Source: an uncultured Oscillospiraceae bacterium (lineage in GTDB: Bacteria; Bacillota; Clostridia; Oscillospirales; Oscillospiraceae). From it: DNA of 64,000 nucleotides. The notes below the pieces were generated by a model. That model searched no databases and had not been told where the DNA came from. It worked only from the letters and a program-made list of their open reading frames with translations. The DNA is taken from the NCBI GenBank assembly GCA_947631395.1, contig CANRLF010000002.1:5179-69178 (forward strand). The letters are read 5' to 3'. Of the stretch, positions 24,846-34,296 are shown piece by piece (position 1 is the first letter of the stretch; each line of letters opens with the position of its first letter). Made by a program: the position numbers and the translations under genes.

Positions 24846-27176
24846 ATGGCACGTTCCAAAGGGACCCAAAGACCAAATAAAATGATACTTGGCCGCACAC
24901 TTATCCTGGCTTTAGTGTGCGGCATAGTTGCTTTTTCCGTTCTCGCCTGGAGGCTGTATAAGCTGATGATAGTCGACCACGACTTCTATGAGGAGAAGGC
25001 CGTGGACCAGCAGACGAGGACCGTTTCGGTGGCGGCCTCCCGCGGGACTATATATGACTCGAACCACAACGCCCTGGCCCAGAGCGCCACGGCGTATAAC
25101 GTGTTCATCTCGCCCTATGAGATACAGCTGTACTCCACCAAGGAGTACAAGGAAAACGAGAAGCACTACGGCGACGACCCGGAGCTGATAGCCTCCGGCC
25201 TTGCCCAGATCCTCGGCGAGCAGGGCTCCACCCGCGAGGAGATGCTCGAGATGATGAAGGACACGAAGAGCTGGTATAAGACGGTGGCCACGAAGCTGGA
25301 GGCCGAGATGACCGACCAGGTCAGGGCCTTCATAAACGAGCACAGTCTGGCGGGGGTGCACATCGAGGAGAGCTCGAAACGCTATTACCCCTACGGCTCC
25401 ATGGCCTGCCACGTGGTGGGCTTCGTGGGGACGGACAACTACGGCCTTGAGGGCATAGAGAGGATATACGACTCGAAGCTGGAGGGCACAAACGGCTCGG
25501 TGGTGCGGCTGGTGGCACGGAACGGCACACAGATGCTGTTCGAGAATTATCAAAACTACAACGACGCCATAGACGGCAACGACGTGACGCTGACGCTGGA
25601 CGCCACCATACAGTCCATCGCGGAGAAGTATCTCCAGCAGGCGATGAAGGCAAACTACATCCAGAACGGCGGCTGTGTTATCGTCATGGACGTGAAAACC
25701 GGGGAGATATTGGCCCTGGCAAACGCCAACGCCTACGATCTGAACGACCCGTTCTCCCTGCCGGAGGAGAAGCTGGAGGAGATCGCGCTCATAGAGGACG
25801 AGGCGGAGAGGAAGAAGGCCATACAGGACGCACAGTACGCCATGTGGCGAGATATGGCCCTCTCCGACACCTACGAGCCGGGGTCGGTATTCAAGATAAT
25901 CACCATGGCCATTGGCCTTGAGGAGGGCGTTGTACACGAAAACGACAACTTCCGCTGTAACGCCAAGATACCGGCCAGCAGCATACCGGGACGTAAAACG
26001 GACCTGAACTGCTGGAAGCGCATCGGACACGGGGATCAGACGCTGAGGGAGGCCGCCATGCACTCCTGCAACGTGGCCTTCGTGAACATAGGTCTGAAGA
26101 TAGGGGCGGAGAAATATTACGAGTACGTGGACGCCTTCGGCCTCAGGGAGAAAACGGGCGTGGACCTCTCCGGCGAGACGAACAGCCAGTGGTGGCCCGA
26201 CGCTGATTTCATGGATCCGCTGGATAAGTCCTCCCTGGCCGCCGCGTCCTTCGGGCAGACCTTTACGGTCACGCCCATACAGATGATAACGGCCGTGTCC
26301 GCCGCGGTGAACGGCGGGTACCTGATGGAGCCGTACATCGTAAAGGAGATAGACGACGAGAACGGCGAGGTCATATACTCCCGGGAGCCCACCGTGGTGC
26401 GCCAGGTGATCAGCGAGGAGACGAGCGCCCTGGTGGCGGACATCCTCCGGTCCGTGGTGGCGGACGAGGGCGGCACGGGCTCCAACGCCTATGTCCCCGG
26501 CTACAACGTGGGCGGGAAAACCGGCACGACGACGAAAACGGTGATAGAGGCCGCCGAGGAGCGCAAGGAGTACATGGTGTCCTTCTGCGGTGTGGCGCCC
26601 ACCGAGGACCCGGAGATAGCGGTACTGCTGGTGCTCGATAACCCCAGCAACGAGAGCGGTATTTACATAGGCGGCGGCCAGATGGCGGCCCCGTATGTGG
26701 GTAAAATAATGGGCGAGGTACTGCCGTATCTGGGCGTACAGCCACACTACTCCCCGGAGGAGCAGGCGCTTCTGGATGTGACGGTACCGAGGCTCACCGG
26801 TATGGACATAGTTTCCGCAAGAGAGGAGATAAACGAGCTCGGCCTTACGGTCAGGGAGATCGGCGAGGGCGATACCGTCACGGCACAGCTCCCGACCCAG
26901 GGGGCGCAGGTGGCGGCGGGCAGCCAGCTCATAATCTACCGCGGAGAGACGGAGGAGCACGAGGACGTGGAGGTCCCGAACCTCTCCAACAAGACGGTGA
27001 AGCAGGCCAGGAACACACTGCAAAATCTGGGCCTGTTCCTTGACACCTCCGGCGCCTCGCCGACGATAGACGGCGTGAAGGTGGCGTCCCAGGCGGTGGA
27101 ACCCGGGACCATGGTGCCCTACGGGGCGGTCATAAGCGTGACGCTGGTGGACAGCACCAACGTCGGGGAATACTAA
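24846..27176 (+). CDS. Class B penicillin-binding protein (FtsI/PBP2B/SpoVD type) with two C-terminal PASTA domains
   Basis: N-terminal TM, dimerisation domain, transpeptidase motifs (SVFK, KTGTT) and two PASTA repeats (VTVPRLTGMDIVSAREEI.., VEVPNLSNKTVKQARNTL..). Confidence 0.9.
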   Translation: MARSKGTQRPNKMILGRTLILALVCGIVAFSVLAWRLYKLMIVDHDFYEEKAVDQQTRTVSVAASRGTIYDSNHNALAQSATAYNVFISPYEIQLYSTKEYKENEKHYGDDPELIASGLAQILGEQGSTREEMLEMMKDTKSWYKTVATKLEAEMTDQVRAFINEHSLAGVHIEESSKRYYPYGSMACHVVGFVGTDNYGLEGIERIYDSKLEGTNGSVVRLVARNGTQMLFENYQNYNDAIDGNDVTLTLDATIQSIAEKYLQQAMKANYIQNGGCVIVMDVKTGEILALANANAYDLNDPFSLPEEKLEEIALIEDEAERKKAIQDAQYAMWRDMALSDTYEPGSVFKIITMAIGLEEGVVHENDNFRCNAKIPASSIPGRKTDLNCWKRIGHGDQTLREAAMHSCNVAFVNIGLKIGAEKYYEYVDAFGLREKTGVDLSGETNSQWWPDADFMDPLDKSSLAAASFGQTFTVTPIQMITAVSAAVNGGYLMEPYIVKEIDDENGEVIYSREPTVVRQVISEETSALVADILRSVVADEGGTGSNAYVPGYNVGGKTGTTTKTVIEAAEERKEYMVSFCGVAPTEDPEIAVLLVLDNPSNESGIYIGGGQMAAPYVGKIMGEVLPYLGVQPHYSPEEQALLDVTVPRLTGMDIVSAREEINELGLTVREIGEGDTVTAQLPTQGAQVAAGSQLIIYRGETEEHEDVEVPNLSNKTVKQARNTLQNLGLFLDTSGASPTIDGVKVASQAVEPGTMVPYGAVISVTLVDSTNVGEY

Positions 27177-27203
27177 AGTTTCAATATCCGGGCAGGTGAG
27201 CTT

Positions 27204-28655
27204 ATGAAGCTTCGGGAGCTTATTGATGGACTTGATATAGTGAGCATGGACGCGGACCCCGATACCGAGGTCACGGCCCTTGTGGCGGACTCAAGAAGGG
27301 TGACGCCCGGGGCGGTATTCGTGGCGGTCAGGGGCTACGAGAGCGACGGCCACCGGTTCATACCGGCGGCGGTGGCGGCCGGGGCAGCCGTGGTGATAGG
27401 GGAGGAGGCCCCGGAGGGAACCCCCGCGGTGATCGTCTCAGACTCACGCCGCGCCATGGCGGTGGCGGCCGGGAACTTCTACGGCAACCCGTCCCGCCGT
27501 ATGCGGATGATAGGCGTTACCGGCACGAACGGCAAGACCACCACGACGAACCTTATAAAGAGGGTCCTGGAGGAGACTCTCCAGGTGAAGGTGGGGCTCA
27601 TCGGCACAAACAGGAACATGATAGGCGACGAGGAATTTGAGACCGACCGCACAACGCCGGACTGCCTGGAGCTCCAGGCGCTCCTGTCCGAAATGGAGAA
27701 GGCCGGATGCGAGTACGTGGTGATGGAGGTGTCCTCACACGCGCTGAGCCTCGACAGGGTCTACGGGATACGGTTTTATCAGGGCATCTTCACGAACCTA
27801 ACCGAGGACCACCTGGATTTCCACAAGACGATGGACGCCTACGCCCAGGCGAAGGCGAAGCTCTTTACCATGTGCGATACGGCCATAATCAACATCGACG
27901 ACCCCTGGAGCGACACCATGATAAAAGCCGCTACCGGACGGGTGTACAAATATTCGGCAAGGTCCAACGAAGCGGACCTGACGGCCAGGGACATAAAGCT
28001 CCACGCAAACTCCGTGAGCTTCTGCGCCCTTATGACGGGGAAGCTTGAAAAAATAAGGCTCGGTATCCCCGGGATGTTCTCGGTCTATAACGCCCTGGCC
28101 GCCACGGCCTCGGCTCTGTCCGCCGGGGTGACGGTGGACAAGGTCCGCGCGTCTCTGGCATCCTGCTCCGGCGTGAAGGGCCGGGCGGAAGTGGTGCCGA
28201 CGGACACGGACTACACGGTGCTCATAGACTACGCCCACACGCCGGACGCTCTGGAGAATATTTTAAAGACAGTCAGGGATTTCACAAAAGGGCGGGTAAT
28301 AGTGCTCTTCGGCTGCGGAGGGGACAGGGACCCGATAAAACGGCCGATAATGGGGGCCATCGCCGAGAGGCTCGCCGATTACGTCATAGTGACGTCGGAT
28401 AACCCGAGGACCGAGAGACCCGAGGAGATCATAAGCCAGATAACGGCGGGCATCACCGGCACCGATAAGCCCGTGGACGTGATCTGCGACCGGCGGGAGG
28501 CAATAGCCCACGGCCTCAGGATCGCGGGGCCCGGGGACACGCTGGTGCTGGCCGGCAAGGGGCACGAGACATATCAGGAGATCGACCACGTGAAGTATCA
28601 TCTGGACGAGCGCGAGGTCGTGGCCGAGGCTCTTAAAAACGCTAAAGCAATGTGA
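27204..28655 (+). CDS. murE: UDP-N-acetylmuramoyl-L-alanyl-D-glutamate--2,6-diaminopimelate ligase
   Basis: GVTGTNGKTTT P-loop and the DNPR motif (VTSDNPRTE) characteristic of mDAP-adding MurE. Confidence 0.95.
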   Translation: MKLRELIDGLDIVSMDADPDTEVTALVADSRRVTPGAVFVAVRGYESDGHRFIPAAVAAGAAVVIGEEAPEGTPAVIVSDSRRAMAVAAGNFYGNPSRRMRMIGVTGTNGKTTTTNLIKRVLEETLQVKVGLIGTNRNMIGDEEFETDRTTPDCLELQALLSEMEKAGCEYVVMEVSSHALSLDRVYGIRFYQGIFTNLTEDHLDFHKTMDAYAQAKAKLFTMCDTAIINIDDPWSDTMIKAATGRVYKYSARSNEADLTARDIKLHANSVSFCALMTGKLEKIRLGIPGMFSVYNALAATASALSAGVTVDKVRASLASCSGVKGRAEVVPTDTDYTVLIDYAHTPDALENILKTVRDFTKGRVIVLFGCGGDRDPIKRPIMGAIAERLADYVIVTSDNPRTERPEEIISQITAGITGTDKPVDVICDRREAIAHGLRIAGPGDTLVLAGKGHETYQEIDHVKYHLDEREVVAEALKNAKAM

Positions 28656-28666
28656 GGATGGGAGAA

Positions 28667-29662
28667 ATGATCTTAGATCTTATCTGGGCCTTTACGGGCT
28701 CTTTCCTGGTCACTGTGGTGGTGGGCATGGCGCTCATACCGGCGCTCCGCCGGATGCACGCGGGGCAGACCATCAGGGAGGACGGCCCCACATGGCACTC
28801 CGGCAAGCAGGGCACACCCACGATGGGGGGCCTTATGTTCATCGCCGGGATTTCGGTGATGTGCGTCATCGGCGGTCTGGATGAGATCCTGGCCGGGGAC
28901 TGGCGGCATATCATCATACTTGTCTTTTCCCTGCTGTTCGGCCTTATCGGATTTCTTGACGATTACGAAAAGGTGAAGAAAAAGCGCAACCTGGGGCTTA
29001 CGGCCATACAGAAGCTGCTGCTCCAGACGGCCGCCGCGGTGGTGCTGATACTTCTTCTCAGGCTGGAGGGGCACCTTAATTTCCAGGCCCTCTATATCCC
29101 GTTTTTTGACGTGACATGGCGTATACCGTATCCGGTATATCTGGCCCTGGCGGTGTTCATCATCGTCGGGTGCGTCAACGCCGTCAATATAACCGACGGC
29201 ATCGACGGCCTTGCCGCGGGAGTCACAACGCCTGTGGCGCTTTGCTACGCCGCTATCGCGGCGGTGTGGGGATACAGCTCCGTGGGGCTTTTCGGCGCGG
29301 CTATGGCCGGGGGGCTCGTGGGCTTTCTCATCTTCAACTTCTATCCCGCGAAGGTATTCATGGGCGACACGGGGTCGCTTTTCCTCGGGGGCGCGGTGTG
29401 CGCCACGGCCTTCGCCCTTGATATGCCACTCATTTTGGTACCGCTTGGCCTCATATATATAATCGAGACCATGTCGGATATACTTCAGGTGGCGTATTTC
29501 AAGCTGACCCACGGCAAGAGGCTTTTCAAGATGGCGCCGATACATCACCACCTTGAGCTGTCCGGCTGGGGCGAGAGACGCATTTTCCTGGTGTTCGTGG
29601 GGGTGTCCGCCGCCATGGCGGTGTTGAGCTTCTTCGGCACCTATCTCAGGTTCAAGATCTGA
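28667..29662 (+). CDS. mraY: Phospho-N-acetylmuramoyl-pentapeptide transferase
   Basis: GTPTMGG, FLDDYEKV, NAVNITDGIDGLA and PIHHHLE motifs. In-frame alternatives are GTG 28652 and ATG 28658. Confidence 0.95.
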   Translation: MILDLIWAFTGSFLVTVVVGMALIPALRRMHAGQTIREDGPTWHSGKQGTPTMGGLMFIAGISVMCVIGGLDEILAGDWRHIIILVFSLLFGLIGFLDDYEKVKKKRNLGLTAIQKLLLQTAAAVVLILLLRLEGHLNFQALYIPFFDVTWRIPYPVYLALAVFIIVGCVNAVNITDGIDGLAAGVTTPVALCYAAIAAVWGYSSVGLFGAAMAGGLVGFLIFNFYPAKVFMGDTGSLFLGGAVCATAFALDMPLILVPLGLIYIIETMSDILQVAYFKLTHGKRLFKMAPIHHHLELSGWGERRIFLVFVGVSAAMAVLSFFGTYLRFKI

Positions 29663-29692
29663 ACAGGATGTTTCCCGAAAGGAGGGGAGGAT

Positions 29693-30913
29693 ATGAAAAA
29701 ATACAGTACCATGCCCGAGAGCGCCGAGACCGCCGAGGCCGCGCCCCGGTACGCCGCCCGGGAGCTCAGGGACAGGACAGAGGAGAGCCGCACCGAGCGC
29801 GGTCCCATGGATCTGCCGTTTTTCCTCCTGACCCTTCTTATCCTCACCATCGGTGTGGTGATGGTCCTGTCGGCGAGCTTCGCGAGAGCTTATTATTCCG
29901 AGGGCAACGCCACGGAATACTTTGTAAAACAGCTCGTATTCGCCGTGACGGGCGTCGTGATGATGATAGTGGCGTCGAGATTTTCAACGAATTTCTACCG
30001 CCGCTGGTCCATGCCGCTTTTGCTGTTCACGCTTCTGATGCTGGCGCTGGTGCCGTTTATAGGCGTGGGTAAATCCACCGTGGGCGCGAACCGCTGGTTC
30101 GACCTGGGGTTCACCACCTTCCAGCCATCGGAGATAGCGAAGCTGGCGGTTATACTGTCCTTCGCGGACCTCATATGTAACTACCGCAATCTGATGGGGA
30201 CATTCAAATACGGCGTTCTGCCCTTCGCGGTGATATTGGTGGTCGTGGTGGGCCTTCTTTTGCTGGAACCCCACATATCCGCCTCCGTTATAATTATCCT
30301 CATCGGCGCCATAATGATGTTCGCCGGCGGCACACGCTGGCAGTATTTCGCCGTCGGGATCGTGGTCGTGGGTCTGGCCGGATGGCTCATCGTCACAAAG
30401 ATGGCCTACGCGTCCTCACGTATAACCGCCTGGCGGGACCCCTGGTCCGACCCGTTGGACACGGGACTTCAGACGATACAGTCCCTCTACGCCATTGGCT
30501 CCGGAGGACTTCTCGGCCTGGGCATCGGCCAGGGCCGGCAGAAGTACATGTATCTGCCTGAGGAGCACAATGACTTCATATTCTCCATAGTATGCGAGGA
30601 GCTGGGCTTCGTGGGAGCCATGCTCATCCTGGTGCTTTTCGCTCTCCTTATCATACGCGGCTACTGGCTGGCGCTTCACGCCAGGGACCGTTTCGGGGCC
30701 CTGGTCATAACAGGCATAACGAGCCTTCTTGCCATCCAGGTATTTTTGAACGTGGCCGTGGTCACAAACCTTGTTCCGTGTACGGGTATCTCTCTGCCGT
30801 TCTTCAGCTACGGAGGCACGGCGCTGTGGATACAGCTGATAGAGATGGGAATAGTTCTGTCCATATCAAGGGATATTCCGTTAAGAAAAAGGAAGGGCGA
30901 AAAGGACAAATGA
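29693..30913 (+). CDS. ftsW: SEDS-family peptidoglycan glycosyltransferase FtsW/SpoVE
   Basis: Polytopic membrane protein with QPSEIAKLAVIL, LPEEHNDFIFS and SYGGTA motifs, in the dcw position between mraY and murG. Confidence 0.9.
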   Translation: MKKYSTMPESAETAEAAPRYAARELRDRTEESRTERGPMDLPFFLLTLLILTIGVVMVLSASFARAYYSEGNATEYFVKQLVFAVTGVVMMIVASRFSTNFYRRWSMPLLLFTLLMLALVPFIGVGKSTVGANRWFDLGFTTFQPSEIAKLAVILSFADLICNYRNLMGTFKYGVLPFAVILVVVVGLLLLEPHISASVIIILIGAIMMFAGGTRWQYFAVGIVVVGLAGWLIVTKMAYASSRITAWRDPWSDPLDTGLQTIQSLYAIGSGGLLGLGIGQGRQKYMYLPEEHNDFIFSIVCEELGFVGAMLILVLFALLIIRGYWLALHARDRFGALVITGITSLLAIQVFLNVAVVTNLVPCTGISLPFFSYGGTALWIQLIEMGIVLSISRDIPLRKRKGEKDK

Positions 30914-32034
30914 AGTTTCTGATGGTTTGCGGCGGGACTGCCGGACATATAAACCCGGCTCTCGCTGTGGCGGGCAGGCTCAGGGAGCTAATGCCCGAAA
31001 GTGAGTTTCTGTTCGTCGGCGCGGGCAGGGAGCTTGAAAAGCGCCTTATACCGGCGGCGGGCTATGAGCTGAGGAACATAACGATCACGGGCTTTGCCAG
31101 GGGAATAAAGCCCCGGGATATAAAGCACAATATCAATACGGTGAAAAACCTGTCAGTATCAAAGAAGGAGTGCAGGAGCATCCTGGACGATTTCGCCCCG
31201 GACGCGGTGATCGGCACAGGAGGGTACGTGTGCTATCCGGTGCTGAAGGCCGCGGCGAAGCGGCGCATACCGACACTGATACATGAGTCGAACGCCGTGC
31301 CGGGACTGACGACGAAGATGCTGTCCGGCAAGGTCGACCGGGTCATGGCGGCCTTCCCGTCGGTCAAGGAGCACTGCAAAAAACCGGACAGGGTGGTCAT
31401 AACAGGCACGCCGATACGGGAGGACTTCCTGCAGTATAACCGCGAGGAGGCCAAGCGCAGACTTGGCATCGCCGGGAAGCCGCTGGTCGTGTCTTTCTGG
31501 GGGAGCCTGGGGGCGGACAACATGAACAGCATGATGGCCGACTTCATACGCCTCAATTCCCGTAGCGGCGCGATGCACCACCTCCACGCCACCGGCAACG
31601 GCGACACGGGGGTAGCCCGGATGATCGAGCGCCTGGGGGAGATGGGGGTCTACGGCCTTCCCGACTGGGTGGACCTGCGGCCGTACATCGACAACATGGG
31701 CCTTGTGATGACAGCGGCGGACCTTATACTCTGCCGGGCCGGGGCGTCGACGCTGGCGGAGATCACGGCCCTTGGCAGGGCGAGCATACTTGTACCGAGC
31801 CCCAACGTGACGAACGACCAGCAGACGAAGAACGCCAGGGAGCTCGAGCGCGCCGGAGGCGCGGTGCTGGTGACTGAGGCGGGACTTACCGGAGAACAGC
31901 TTTATAACACGGCCGTGAGCCTTATACGCGACAGGACACGCCTTGACAGTCTCGAGCGCGCCAGCGCGAGGCTCGGTGTCCGGGACGCCTCGGATAAGAT
32001 AGTGGAACAGGTCCTCAGCTTTGTGAAAAAGTGA
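30910..32034 (+). CDS. murG: Undecaprenyldiphospho-muramoylpentapeptide beta-N-acetylglucosaminyltransferase
   Basis: MKFLMVCGGTAGHINPALAV (G-loop 1). ATGA overlap with the ftsW stop. The track ORF from 30592 is an out-of-gene extension. Confidence 0.95.
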   Translation: MKFLMVCGGTAGHINPALAVAGRLRELMPESEFLFVGAGRELEKRLIPAAGYELRNITITGFARGIKPRDIKHNINTVKNLSVSKKECRSILDDFAPDAVIGTGGYVCYPVLKAAAKRRIPTLIHESNAVPGLTTKMLSGKVDRVMAAFPSVKEHCKKPDRVVITGTPIREDFLQYNREEAKRRLGIAGKPLVVSFWGSLGADNMNSMMADFIRLNSRSGAMHHLHATGNGDTGVARMIERLGEMGVYGLPDWVDLRPYIDNMGLVMTAADLILCRAGASTLAEITALGRASILVPSPNVTNDQQTKNARELERAGGAVLVTEAGLTGEQLYNTAVSLIRDRTRLDSLERASARLGVRDASDKIVEQVLSFVKK

Positions 32035-32071
32035 CCTGAAAACACATTACGGCATAGTATGACCTGAAAAC
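32032..32071 (+). repeat. Two perfect 12-bp direct repeats TGACCTGAAAAC spaced 28 bp apart (start to start), in the murG-murA intergenic region
   Basis: Copies at 32032-32043 (includes the murG stop) and 32060-32071, 23 nt upstream of the murA ATG. Confidence 0.6.
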
Positions 32072-32093
32072 CTTATGCTTTTCGGGGGGTACT

Positions 32094-33368
32094 ATGAGCA
32101 TCTTGAAGATCGAGGGCGGCAAGTCCCTGAGCGGTGAGATCCGCGTCCAGGGGGCGAAGAACAGCGTCCTTCCCATATTGGCGGCGACCATACTCCAGAA
32201 CGGCGAGAGCGTCATAAGGAACTGTCCGGATCTGACGGACGTCCACGCGGCCATTGACATCCTGCGGCACCTTGGCTGTGAGGCGCGATTTGAAAAGGGG
32301 ACCGTCTGGGTAAATTCCAGGGGCATGACCAGCTGTGACATACCTGATGAGCTCATGCGCCGGATGCGCTCCTCCGTCATATTCCTGGGAGCCATCCTGG
32401 CCCGGTGCGGAAGGGCGACGATCTCCATGCCGGGAGGCTGTGAGTTGGGCCCCAGGCCCATCGATATGCACCTGGAGGCCATGGGCCGCCTGGGGGCGGA
32501 GATTCGGGAAAATTCCGGGGATCTCATCTGCCGCGCGCCGGCACTTCGCGGGGCCAGGATAGACTTTCGCATACCGAGCGTCGGCGCCACGGAGAACAGT
32601 ATGCTGGCCGCCGCCGGAGCGGCAGGGACCACATTTATCACGAACGCCGCCCGCGAGCCGGAGATACGGGACCTGGGGGAGTACCTTCGGGCACTGGGAG
32701 TCAGGGTCACGGGAGCCGGGACCTCCACCGTCACGGTGGAGGGGGGAGAAATGAGACAGTACGCGGAGCACACCGTTATCCCGGACAGGATCGCGGCGGC
32801 CACGTACATATCCGCGGTGACAGCCGCCGGCGGCGACATATGCCTGTCCGGCGTGAACGCCGGGGACATCGCCGGGGTGACCGGGGCGTTCCTCAAAATG
32901 GGAACGGAGCTTACGTTCCGGGGAGGGGAGCTCCGATGCCGCCGGGTAAAAAGACCGACCCCGCCGGGGACGGTGACCACCGGGCCGTATCCCGGGTTCC
33001 CCACCGACGCCCAGCCGGTGCTGATGGCGGCGTCGACGGTGGCGAAGGGCGCAACGGCCTTCGTAGAGACGATTTTTCAAAACCGCTACCGCCACGTGCC
33101 GGAGCTTCTGAGAATGGGCGCCGACATAAGTGTGGACGGCCGGGTGGCCATAGTCCAGGGCGTGGAGAGGCTCCACGGCGCCCAGGTGCGGGCCACGGAC
33201 CTGAGGGGCGGAGCGGCACTCATCGTCGCCGCGTTGGCGGCGGAGGGCACAAGCGAGATCGGCGAGATACGGCACATAGACAGAGGGTACGAAAATATCG
33301 CGTCCTGCCTTGAGCAGATCGGAGGGCGCGCTGAGAGAATAGAGCGAAAGGACGAGCAAGATGGGTAA
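32094..33368 (+). CDS. murA: UDP-N-acetylglucosamine 1-carboxyvinyltransferase
   Basis: MSILKIEGGKSLSGEIRVQGAKNSVLPILAA, active-site loop PGGCELGPRPIDMH (Cys present), and a length typical of MurA. Confidence 0.95.
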   Translation: MSILKIEGGKSLSGEIRVQGAKNSVLPILAATILQNGESVIRNCPDLTDVHAAIDILRHLGCEARFEKGTVWVNSRGMTSCDIPDELMRRMRSSVIFLGAILARCGRATISMPGGCELGPRPIDMHLEAMGRLGAEIRENSGDLICRAPALRGARIDFRIPSVGATENSMLAAAGAAGTTFITNAAREPEIRDLGEYLRALGVRVTGAGTSTVTVEGGEMRQYAEHTVIPDRIAAATYISAVTAAGGDICLSGVNAGDIAGVTGAFLKMGTELTFRGGELRCRRVKRPTPPGTVTTGPYPGFPTDAQPVLMAASTVAKGATAFVETIFQNRYRHVPELLRMGADISVDGRVAIVQGVERLHGAQVRATDLRGGAALIVAALAAEGTSEIGEIRHIDRGYENIASCLEQIGGRAERIERKDEQDG

Positions 33369-34104
33369 CAGGGGCTATCGCCGCGCCGGCGGAACGGCGC
33401 TATACGTGACAATCGCCGCGGCCTTTTTAGTGATCGCCGTGATACTTGCCATGGCGCTATTTTTTAAGATCTCGGACATAACCGTGGAGGGGGCGTCGAG
33501 ATATACCGGCGGGCAGATAGTGGAGGCATCCGGTATAGAGCTGGACGACAGTATATTCTTCGTCAGCACCGGGAGCGCGGAGATACACATAAAGGACGCC
33601 CTTCCGTATATCGACTCAGTCAGCGTCACCCGGGATCTTCCGGGCCGGGTGGTGATAAAGGTCACCGAGAGCGTCCCGGCGGCCACGGTACAGAACGGCG
33701 GGTCAGTTTTGCTTCTTGACGCGGACCTGCGTATACTTGACGAGATAGTCGCCGTCCCGGCGGGCACCGTGGAGATACGCGGCGTCACCCCGGTGGAGCC
33801 GAAGCCGGGGAGCGACCTGGACCTCGGGGAAAACGAGAGCGCCAGGCTCTCGTCACTTCGGGAGTTCATGGTGGCACTCAGGGATAACGGCGTGATAGGG
33901 AGCGTGAAATGGCTCGATGTGAGCAATCTGTCATCGGTGTTGTTCGACTACAACGGATACACCGTGAATTTCGGCAGGGTGGAGGATCTGGCCAGGAAGT
34001 TCCAGCTCCTTGACCACTTCACAAAGCAAAATCCCCAGGCCGGGAGCGGACAGAATGTCATATATGACGAGGGACAGGGCGGGAGGCTCCTGTATACGGC
34101 GTAA
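33361..34104 (+). CDS. ftsQ: FtsQ/DivIB-type cell-division protein (TM plus POTRA)
   Basis: Single TM (LYVTIAAAFLVIAVILAMALFF) then a POTRA-like segment (ISDITVEGASRYTGGQIVEASGI), in the position upstream of ftsZ. Confidence 0.7.
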   Translation: MGNRGYRRAGGTALYVTIAAAFLVIAVILAMALFFKISDITVEGASRYTGGQIVEASGIELDDSIFFVSTGSAEIHIKDALPYIDSVSVTRDLPGRVVIKVTESVPAATVQNGGSVLLLDADLRILDEIVAVPAGTVEIRGVTPVEPKPGSDLDLGENESARLSSLREFMVALRDNGVIGSVKWLDVSNLSSVLFDYNGYTVNFGRVEDLARKFQLLDHFTKQNPQAGSGQNVIYDEGQGGRLLYTA

Positions 34105-34206
34105 AATTCCGGCCGAGTTTTGTCGATTTTCGCTGGCGCGGATGGGCTTTTGTGAGGAAAAAGGCCGGCGGATTTGATAAATTGCGTAAAAATTCCATAT
34201 AAACTA

Positions 34207-34235
34207 TTGACCTTGGCACAAAAAGAGTTTAAAAT
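34207..34235 (+). promoter_or_regulatory. Candidate ftsZ-proximal promoter
   Basis: TTGACC (34207-34212), 17-nt spacer, TAAAAT (34230-34235). A second extended -10-like TGgTATTAT lies at 34241-34249. Confidence 0.45.
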
Positions 34236-34296
34236 AATCATGGTATTATATATTAAAGAACTGCCGAGGGCGGCAAGTTTATCAGGAGGATAGATC

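Noticed and set aside
24912-27023. 703-aa ORF on the minus strand, fully antisense to the PBP gene
   Set aside because: Its composition is dominated by H/R/G/L/V/P runs with no recognisable motif. It exactly shadows a confidently identified gene, and long antisense ORFs are expected in GC-rich DNA where stop codons are rare. It has no RBS or promoter context.
32015-33359. 329-aa and 428-aa minus-strand ORFs antisense to murA
   Set aside because: Same reasoning: these are shadow ORFs of a well-supported gene, with R/P/G-rich low-complexity translations.
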